From: Vicinamibacteria bacterium
GTDB taxonomy: Bacteria > Acidobacteriota > Vicinamibacteria > Vicinamibacterales > UBA8438
Assembly (NCBI GenBank): GCA_022820825.1
Contig: JAJEEU010000017.1
Span: 17,292 to 81,291 of the forward strand
Length of the DNA stretch: 64,000 nt
Direction: 5' to 3'
This document shows, piece by piece, positions 57,646 to 64,000 of the stretch; positions within the stretch are counted from its first letter, which is position 1, and every line of letters starts with the position of its first letter. The position numbers and the translations under genes are program-made. Under the pieces are notes generated by a model. That model searched no databases. It saw only the letters and a list, made by a program, of their open reading frames with translations, and was not told the DNA's origin.

Positions 57646-58167
57646 TCAATCCGCCATGGCGCGCGCGGCGCGCTGCACGGCCTCGATGATCGCCGGGTAC
57701 ATCCCGCAGCGGCACAGGTGCGGCGACGGCGGCGTGTTGCTGAACGCCTCGCGGATGTCGGCCTCGGTGGGCGTTGGATTGCGCTCGAGCAGGTCGGCCG
57801 CCGCGATCATCATGCCGCTCTGGCAGTAGCCGCATTGCGGCACCTGCACGTCGATCCACGCCTGCTGGATCGGATGGAGCGTCGCCGCCGCCTCCGTCGC
57901 ATCCAGGCCGCGCTGCTCGGCCCAGACGGCGGCCAGCCCCTCGATGGTGACGATGGAGCGGCCGGCCACGTTGGCCGCACGCGTGACGCAGGAGCGGATC
58001 TCCTCGCCGTCCGCAAGCACCGCGCACGCCCCGCACTGCGCCATCTCGCAGCCCAGCTTCGGCCCGCTCAGCCCTAGCTGGTTGCGCAGGACGTAGAGCA
58101 GCGGCGCGTCCGCGGCAGCCTCCACGGTCCGCGTGGCGCCGTTCACTGTCAAGGTGATGCTGGCCAT
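57646..58167 (-). CDS. (2Fe-2S)-binding small subunit (IorA-like)
   Basis: 173 aa. GCEMAQCGACAV and QCGYCQSGMM double [2Fe-2S] motifs. Confidence 0.9.
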   Translation of the reverse strand: MASITLTVNGATRTVEAAADAPLLYVLRNQLGLSGPKLGCEMAQCGACAVLADGEEIRSCVTRAANVAGRSIVTIEGLAAVWAEQRGLDATEAAATLHPIQQAWIDVQVPQCGYCQSGMMIAAADLLERNPTPTEADIREAFSNTPPSPHLCRCGMYPAIIEAVQRAARAMAD

Positions 58168-58185
58168 TGTTCCTCTCCCCGCGGT

Positions 58186-60033
58186 TCACTCTACCCCGAA
58201 GGCGAGCAGCACGTTCCCCGGCCGGCTGACGCCGTTGCCGAAATAGCCGGAGTTCACGTACACCATGCCGTCCACGACGGCGGGCCCCGCGGCGCTCATC
58301 GAGCCGCCGCTGGCCGGCACGCCGTTCACCGTCTCGAACGCACGGTTCGAATCGTATTCCCAGATGACGCTGCCGTCGCGGGTGTCGTAGGCGCGCAACG
58401 CGCCGTCGTTGGATCCCGAGAAGACGACACCCGGAATCACGGTGATGGCTGCGAGCTGCGCCGCGTTGCAGCCGGGACCCGGGTCGCAGACGGGCTCGGC
58501 CGGCGGGGCGAACCAGACCCGCTCACCCGTGTCGAGGCGCACCGCGTGCAGGCCGCCCGGCGGCGGTGGATCGGGCAGCTCGAAGCCGGGGTAGGGCGCA
58601 TCGGAGACAGGGAAGTACGCCCGCTCGCCGTCGGTGGCCGACCCCCACTGCATACCGCCGTTCAGGCCGCCCGCGCCGGCGCGGTACTGCCAGACGACCT
58701 CGCCCTCGTTGTCGGGGTCGAGCGCCCAGCCGACACCCGATTTCTGCCCGATTACGATCAGGTCGCGGCCGTCGGGCCGCGTTGCGAGAATCGGCGAGTT
58801 GCCGAAATCGTAGTCGGGGCCCGCTTCTTCCGGACACACGGGGGGCGCGGCCCCCTGCAGGCACGTGGAGCCGAAGATGTCCGCCGGCAGGAGCTGCCGT
58901 GTCCACTTGAAGGCGCCGTCGCGCAGGTCGAGGGCGATGACCGCGTCGCCCGTTTCCCGCTCCGGGCCGGTGTACTGGTTGCCGGTCGCCGCGTAGAGCA
59001 CCCCGCGCGCGGCGTCGATCGTCGGCGCGTTCCAGATTGCCGCCCCGGACGGACCCCACCCCCGGGCGCCGCCCGGCGTCTGCCCGATGGGAGTCGGCTC
59101 GTCCAGCGTGTACGTCTTCCAGATCACGCCGCCGGTAGCGGCGTCGAGGGCGACGATGCTGCCGCGGAACCGGCAGCACTCGTACCCGGGAATCAGCCCG
59201 GACGCTTCCTCCAGCGACGACACCGGGACGTACAGCCGGCCCTCGAACAACGTGGGCGCGCCCGTGATGCGCGCCACGGGGTGCTCGTCGACGCGCCGGC
59301 TCCACAGCAAATCGCCCGTGTCGGCGTCGACCGCGTACACCGTCCCGGCAAGGTCTCCGAAATACACGGCATGGCTGTCCCCATGCGGCGCCACGCTGAT
59401 CGCGCTGCGCACGGCCGAGCGGGCGGTGAATATCCAGTGCGTGCAGCCGGTCGCGGCGTCGAGGGCGTAGACCTGGCTGTTGTGGCTCCCGGCGAACAGG
59501 CGCCCGCCGGCGACCACCGGCTGCGACCAGGCGTGGGTCGCCGCCGGAAAACCGAACGCCCACCGCAGTGTCAGTCGCGGCACGTCGGCCGCGTTCAGCC
59601 CGGCCTGGTCCGCCGGCTGGAAGCGCGTGTTGCGCGCCGAGACGCCCCAGCCGTTCCAGCGCGGCGCCGCGGACGGATCCGGCATCGGCGGCGATGCGGC
59701 GCACAGATCCCAGGTGGCCAGGCCGTCTTCCGCGGGCGCGCGGCCCGTGAGGAACCCCGCCACCGCCAGCCGCTCCTCGACGCTCAGCGCGGCGCCCTGT
59801 TCCTGCATCGTGCCCGAGGTCAGCGCACGCACAACGGCCTCCGGCGAGGTCAGCGCCAGCGTCTCGCGGCTCGGGGCGCGCGAATCGGACGTCCCGCTGT
59901 GGCACGCCGTGCACTGGCGCTCCCAAACCGCTTCGGCCTGGCTGTCCTGGGCTGCGGCCGGCGCGGCGCCGAGGAGCACGGTCGCCGCGGCCATCATCCG
60001 CCGGATCGCTTGTCGGGTACGGAGGTCACGCAT
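58186..60033 (-). CDS. PQQ-repeat beta-propeller dehydrogenase with N-terminal cytochrome c domain (PVA-dehydrogenase-like)
   Basis: Start at MRDLRTRQAIRRMMAAATVLL (ATG 60033). CTACHSG heme site. Repeated propeller motifs (VYALDAATGCTHW, VYAVDADTGDLLWS, LRAYDTRDGSVIWE). Confidence 0.8.
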   Translation of the reverse strand: MRDLRTRQAIRRMMAAATVLLGAAPAAAQDSQAEAVWERQCTACHSGTSDSRAPSRETLALTSPEAVVRALTSGTMQEQGAALSVEERLAVAGFLTGRAPAEDGLATWDLCAASPPMPDPSAAPRWNGWGVSARNTRFQPADQAGLNAADVPRLTLRWAFGFPAATHAWSQPVVAGGRLFAGSHNSQVYALDAATGCTHWIFTARSAVRSAISVAPHGDSHAVYFGDLAGTVYAVDADTGDLLWSRRVDEHPVARITGAPTLFEGRLYVPVSSLEEASGLIPGYECCRFRGSIVALDAATGGVIWKTYTLDEPTPIGQTPGGARGWGPSGAAIWNAPTIDAARGVLYAATGNQYTGPERETGDAVIALDLRDGAFKWTRQLLPADIFGSTCLQGAAPPVCPEEAGPDYDFGNSPILATRPDGRDLIVIGQKSGVGWALDPDNEGEVVWQYRAGAGGLNGGMQWGSATDGERAYFPVSDAPYPGFELPDPPPPGGLHAVRLDTGERVWFAPPAEPVCDPGPGCNAAQLAAITVIPGVVFSGSNDGALRAYDTRDGSVIWEYDSNRAFETVNGVPASGGSMSAAGPAVVDGMVYVNSGYFGNGVSRPGNVLLAFGVE

Positions 60034-60114
60034 CGCCGCGATGCTAGTGGCAGCGGCGCGGAGGCGCAAGTGGCCACGGCGGCGGACTGCTACGATCACG
60101 GCTCCGCGGTCGAC

Positions 60115-60971
60115 ATGTCTCAGCTAGAGCACATCGATGTCATCGAAGGCGTCTCTGGGAAGCCGCCGACACGCTGCGTTCCAACTCGAAATACGCAAGC
60201 AACCAGTACTTCCTGCCGGTCATGGGCCTGGTCTTCCTGCGCCACGCCTACAGCCGCTACATGGCGGTCAAGGACGACATCACGGCCAGTCTGCCGAAGC
60301 GTGGCGGCAAGACCCGCGCGCTCACAAAGGAGGACTACTCCCAGCGGAGCGCCATCTTCCTGCGACCCGAGGCGCGGTTCGACCACCTTGTGGCCTTGCC
60401 CGACGGTGAGGATCGCGCCGGCGCGATCCTCGGGGCCATGGAATCCATCAAGGCCGACTACGAGAGTCTCGGCGTGGACGAGATCGACGCCGACAAGGTC
60501 AAGACGGACCCCCGCCTGCCGTTCGGCCTGCCCGGCGCCAACAAGAGACGGAAGGTCGGCAACGGCAACTACGTCTGGATCAGCTATTTCTACAGCTACC
60601 TCAACGAGACGGGCCGCGCCGGCTTCGTCATGTCGTCCCAGGCGTCCAGCGCCGGCGGCGGCGAGGCGGCGGTACGGCGCAGGCTGCTGGAGACGGGCGA
60701 CGTGGACGTGATGATCGACGCGCGCGGCATCTACCGCAAGGTCACGCGCAAGATTTGCGACTTCAGCCCCGAGCAGCAGCAGAACCTGCTGGCCGTCGTG
60801 CGCCTCTACCGCGGCGAGACGGCGCGGTTTCTCGAAATCGCGTTCGAGCATCTGCGGCGCGCAGTCGAGGAGGGGCGGCTGGTGCATCGAGTGGGAGGGC
60901 GACGACGGCGAGACCGTCCGGCCGTCCTCGCGGCGAAGATCCGCAAGAACTTCGAGAAGCTGGGTATATGA
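60115..60971 (+). pseudogene. hsdM: decayed type I R-M methyltransferase (hsdM remnant)
   Basis: MSQLEHIDVIEG, then a frameshift to LWEAADTLRSNSKYASNQYFLPVMGLVFLRHAYSRY (HsdM_N). The ORF runs ...ADYESLGV|DEIDADKVKTDPRLPFGLP...NGNYVWISYFYSYLNETGRAGFVMSS...GDVDVMI|DARGIYRKVTRKICDFSPEQ. This skips the AdoMet-binding/NPPF block and a second segment that intact homologues carry, as I recall them. Confidence 0.75.
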
Positions 60972-61966
60972 CGACGCGTCCGCCGTACACGATCACGCCG
61001 GAAATGCTGTCCCGCGTCGAGCAGATCGGCGAAGCGCTCGGCCGCGCCGAGGCGGCCGGCGTCGCACAGGATCTGCGGCTGCGGCGCATCAACCGCATCC
61101 GCACAATCCAGGGTTCACTGGCCATCGAGGGCAACGTCCTCACCGAGGACCAGATCTCGACGATTCTCGATGGCAAGCCGGTCATCGCCCCGCTACGGGA
61201 CGTGCAGGAAGCCCGCAACGCCATCGAGGCGTACGAACAGTTCGAACAATGGGACCCGGCCAGCGAGGCCGATCTGCTTCGCGCCCACGCGGTTCTGACG
61301 GCAGCCTTGCTGGACGCGCCCGGCCGCTATCGCCGGGGCGGTGTGGCCGTGATGGGGCAGGGACGAGTGCACCACGTCGGTCCGCCGGCTGAGCGCGTGC
61401 CGCAACTCATGACCCGCCTGTTGGCCTGGCTCGGCAGCACCGACGAGCATCCCCTGGTCGCAAGCTCGGTCTTCCACTACGAGTTCGAGTTCATCCACCC
61501 CTTCGATGACGGCAACGGCCGCCTCGGCCGCCTCTGGCAGACGCTGATCCTGACCCGCTGGAAGCCGTTGTTCGCCCACATCCCCGTCGAGAGCCTTGTC
61601 CGGGCCCGGCAACGCGAGTACTACGAAGACATCAGGCAGAGCTCGGCGGATGGTGAGAGCACGCCGTTCGTCGCGTTCATGCTGCACGCGATTCTCGCTG
61701 CGCTCCGTTCCCCCGCGGTGACCGACCAGGTGACCGACCAGGTGACCGACCAGGTGGCAAGGCTGCTAGCCGCACTCCAGGACGGCCCCAAGTCCGCCGC
61801 CGAGCTCATGGCGCAACTGGGCCTGTCGCACCGCCCCACGTTCCGCAACAACTACATCCGCCCGGCCATCTCCGCCGGACTGGTCGAGATGACCCGCCCC
61901 GAGTCGCCGTCGGCGAGGAGCCAGAAGTACCGACTCACGGTACGGGGGCAAGAGATACGGCGATAG
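60968..61966 (+). CDS. fic: Fic/DOC family protein (apparently intact)
   Basis: 332 aa. FEFIHPFDDGNGRLGRL (HPFx[D/E]GNGR), a C-terminal winged-helix-like segment, and an ATG overlapping the upstream stop (ATGA). Confidence 0.9.
   Translation: MTTRPPYTITPEMLSRVEQIGEALGRAEAAGVAQDLRLRRINRIRTIQGSLAIEGNVLTEDQISTILDGKPVIAPLRDVQEARNAIEAYEQFEQWDPASEADLLRAHAVLTAALLDAPGRYRRGGVAVMGQGRVHHVGPPAERVPQLMTRLLAWLGSTDEHPLVASSVFHYEFEFIHPFDDGNGRLGRLWQTLILTRWKPLFAHIPVESLVRARQREYYEDIRQSSADGESTPFVAFMLHAILAALRSPAVTDQVTDQVTDQVARLLAALQDGPKSAAELMAQLGLSHRPTFRNNYIRPAISAGLVEMTRPESPSARSQKYRLTVRGQEIRR
61718..61753 (+). repeat. perfect 12-nt tandem repeat x3 (GTGACCGACCAG) inside fic
   Basis: Three exact copies at 61718, 61730 and 61742 encode VTDQ-VTDQ-VTDQ between the Fic core and the C-terminal domain. 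Confidence 0.95.
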
Positions 61967-61977
61967 ATCACGCGGCA

Positions 61978-62540
61978 ATGACAAGCTCAGGGGTGACACT
62001 TGACGATGTCTGTGAGTTCATCGTCGCTTGCCTCCACGCCACGGCGCCGACGGAGCATACTGGCTACCCTCTCATTCGAACACCGAACGTCGGACGAGGT
62101 CGAGAAGTTCCGCCGCTGGGACTTGGACATCATCCCGCACCGGCGGCTCATCACGGAGGGCATGGACCTGCCCGCCGCGATGCGCGGCAAGCCGCTCAAG
62201 GCCCACTCCCTGATGCAGGCCATCGCCCGCGCCAACCGGGTCAACGAGGGAAAGAACAACGGCCTGATCGTGGACTACTGCGGCGTTCTGAGGCACCTGC
62301 GCAAGGCGCTGGCGACGTTTGCCGGCACGCAGGGCGAGGACGGCGGCAACGAAGGAAGCGACGCGGGATGCCGTCCACGTCGCCATCCGCGACTTTCTCT
62401 GGAGCGACGAGACCGGCCTGCCCGACGGCACCTATTCCGAAGACGACGTGACGGCCAGGTCCGACGCCGTGTTCGAGCACGTTTTCCGCGCATACCCGAC
62501 ACTGCCGTCGCCGTACTACGGCGACACTGCAGCAGCCTGA
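61978..62540 (+). pseudogene. remnants of hsdS (N-terminal about 40 codons) and hsdR (C-terminal fragments, frameshifted)
   Basis: VTLDDVCEFIVACLHATAPTEHTGYPLIRTPNVGRG is like an HsdS TRD start. KPLKAHSLMQAIARANRVNEGKNNGLIVDYCGVLRHLRKALATFAG is HsdR helicase motif VI and the region downstream of it. A second frame gives AVHVAIRDFLWSDETGLPDGTYSEDDV...VFEHVFRAYPTLPSPYY (HsdR C-terminus). Confidence 0.65.
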
Positions 62541-62604
62541 AGGCCAAGTAGCCGCAGCACGCCGCGGGTGCCGTGGAGATCGAGGATCACGCTCCGCACG
62601 GGCT

Positions 62605-63273
62605 TCAAGTATCCAGCAGGCCGAACGCGCGCACCGGAAAGGACCCCATGCCGCGGACCTTAACCGGGACGGCGAAGAAGCGGAAGCCGTCGTCGGGCAG
62701 CCCGTCGAGTCCGCGCAGATGCTCCACCACGGGGATGCCGGCGCCCAGCAGCACGGAATGCGCCGGACGGGCGCCGTCCGCGGTGTCGTCGATGTTGAGC
62801 GAGTCGATGCCGGCCAGCACGGCGCCTCGCTCCCGCAGCAGCTCCGCCGCCGCGCGCGTCAGGTACGGATGTCCCTCGAAATAGGCGGGCGTGCGCCAGT
62901 GGCGATCCCACCCCGTCTGCACGAGCACGGCCCTTCCCGACACGTCGCGCCGCTCGAACAGCTCCGGTCCCAGCGCCCGCCGTCCGCCCGCCGCACGGCA
63001 CACGATGGCCGGCAGGTTCGCGAGCGACGCCAGCTCCAGGTCGGCCAGATCGCCCCCTTGTGCGTAGCGGTGGAACGGGGCGTCGACATAAGTGCCGGTA
63101 TTGGCGACCAGCTCGATGCGGCCGATCTGGAACGTGGTGCCGGGGTCGTAGCCGGCTGCCGAGTCGGCGCGCGAGAGGTGATCGGCGATGACCGGCGCGG
63201 GCAAGCCCGGGTAGGTCGTCATGCCGTGCTCGACGGTGTGCGACAGGTCCACGAGGCGCATGGTGTGCGGCAC
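62605..63273 (-). CDS. cyclase family protein (arylformamidase-like)
   Basis: 222 aa. DLSHTVEHGMTTYPG...GTYVDAPFH...VLVQTGW...LAGIDSLNID matches the putative-cyclase/kynurenine formamidase pattern. Confidence 0.8.
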   Translation of the reverse strand: MPHTMRLVDLSHTVEHGMTTYPGLPAPVIADHLSRADSAAGYDPGTTFQIGRIELVANTGTYVDAPFHRYAQGGDLADLELASLANLPAIVCRAAGGRRALGPELFERRDVSGRAVLVQTGWDRHWRTPAYFEGHPYLTRAAAELLRERGAVLAGIDSLNIDDTADGARPAHSVLLGAGIPVVEHLRGLDGLPDDGFRFFAVPVKVRGMGSFPVRAFGLLDT

Positions 63274-63310
63274 AGGGTATCAGGGCGGCGCGTCGGGCAT
63301 AATCGATCGC

Positions 63311-64000
63311 ATGCCTGAACGCGTGCGGGTGTTCGCGCCGGCGACCGCGTCCAACCTCGGTCCGGGGTTCGACGTGCTGGGGTTGGCGCTGGAGCGGCCG
63401 GGGGACCTGGTCGAGGCCGAGATCCGGGACGAGCCGGGCGTGGAGATCACCGAGGTTACCGGCGCCGACTCGCTCGGCACGGACCCGAACGAGAACGTGG
63501 TCGGCATCGCCGCCCGGGCGGCGCTGGAGCACCTTGGGGTCGCGGACCGCGGCGTGCGCCTGGCCCTGCACAAGCAGATGCCGCTCGGCAGCGGGCTGGG
63601 CAGCTCGGCGGCCAGCAGCGTGGCGGGCGCGGCGGCGGTCGGCGCGCTGTTCGGCGACACGCTGCCGAAGGAGGCGTTGGTCGGCTGCGCCCTGCGCGGC
63701 GAGGCGGCGGCGTCCGGCGCGCCGCACGCCGACAACGTCGCGCCGTGCGTGCTCGGCGGCATCGTGCTGATCCGCGGCAACGACCCCCTCGACCTGATCC
63801 GGTTGCCGGTTCCCGACGCGTTGCGCATCGTGCTCGTCCATCCGCACGTCGAGGTGCTGACGGCCGAGGCGCGGCGGCTAGTCGCGCAGCACCGCTTCGC
63901 GATCGGCCAGGCGGTCGCCAACCTCGGCAACATCGCGGCCCTGGTGCACGCGCTCCATACCGGCGACCTGGAGCTGTTCGGCCGCAGCATCAGCGATGCG
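63311..64000 (+). CDS. thrB: homoserine kinase (C-terminus off window)
   Basis: ATG 63311 gives MPERVRVFAPATASNLGPGFDVLGLAL...MPLGSGLGSSAASSVAG (GHMP kinase motif). Open to the window end, so absent from the ORF track. Confidence 0.9.
   Translation, partial: MPERVRVFAPATASNLGPGFDVLGLALERPGDLVEAEIRDEPGVEITEVTGADSLGTDPNENVVGIAARAALEHLGVADRGVRLALHKQMPLGSGLGSSAASSVAGAAAVGALFGDTLPKEALVGCALRGEAAASGAPHADNVAPCVLGGIVLIRGNDPLDLIRLPVPDALRIVLVHPHVEVLTAEARRLVAQHRFAIGQAVANLGNIAALVHALHTGDLELFGRSISDA

Noticed and set aside
58546-60711. 721-aa plus-strand ORF spanning the PQQ dehydrogenase and the hsdM remnant
   Set aside because: Most of it is antisense to the PQQ/cytochrome c gene. Only its short MSQLEHIDVIEG segment is meaningful, as the frameshifted start of the hsdM pseudogene.
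61718-61753. Tandem repeat considered as a CRISPR or minisatellite signal
   Set aside because: There are only three 12-nt units with no spacers, and they lie inside the fic reading frame. It is reported as a coding tandem repeat instead.

Overview
High-GC bacterial chromosomal segment. I cannot assign a taxon from sequence alone. I saw no rRNA, tRNA, CRISPR array, integrase or transposase.

1-22.3 kb is housekeeping: clpA'-clpS, an MBL hydrolase, an amidohydrolase, a UPF0182 membrane protein, an FNR-like reductase, a copper/thiol-redox cluster (PDO-like thioredoxin, TRASH-CopA, DsbA), an aa3-type cytochrome oxidase operon and sdaA.

22.3-43.8 kb is a mosaic defence island with visibly AT-richer patches. 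In order it holds:
- a TcmP + three-Cys DUF5131 (Gp37/Gp68) + HNH nuclease cassette;
- an SSF symporter (not defence);
- an AbiEii toxin with a short partner;
- a PQQ sugar dehydrogenase (not defence);
- an 11.5-kb co-directional type I R-M operon, hsdM-parD-parE-GmrSD-orf-hsdS-RHH-vapB-vapC-hsdR, in which both HsdR and the GmrSD-like enzyme end in homologous AlbA_2/Schlafen-like domains;
- a divergently transcribed orphan coiled-coil/2-TM protein;
- ASCH and macro-domain genes.

43.8-64 kb holds a SnoaL-like protein, sufBCDSUT, a large 2OG-Fe(II) oxygenase, phd-vapC, a lipoprotein, iorAB plus a PQQ/cytochrome c dehydrogenase, a decayed second type I R-M locus that keeps only an intact fic gene, a cyclase and thrB'.

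The best candidates for undescribed biology are the TcmP/DUF5131/HNH cassette, the shared AlbA_2 tails on two different restriction nucleases, and the orphan membrane coiled-coil protein next to hsdM.

Many long ORFs in the six-frame track are antisense or off-frame artefacts of GC-rich coding DNA and were rejected. All domain calls rest on motifs I recognise by eye. No searches were run.
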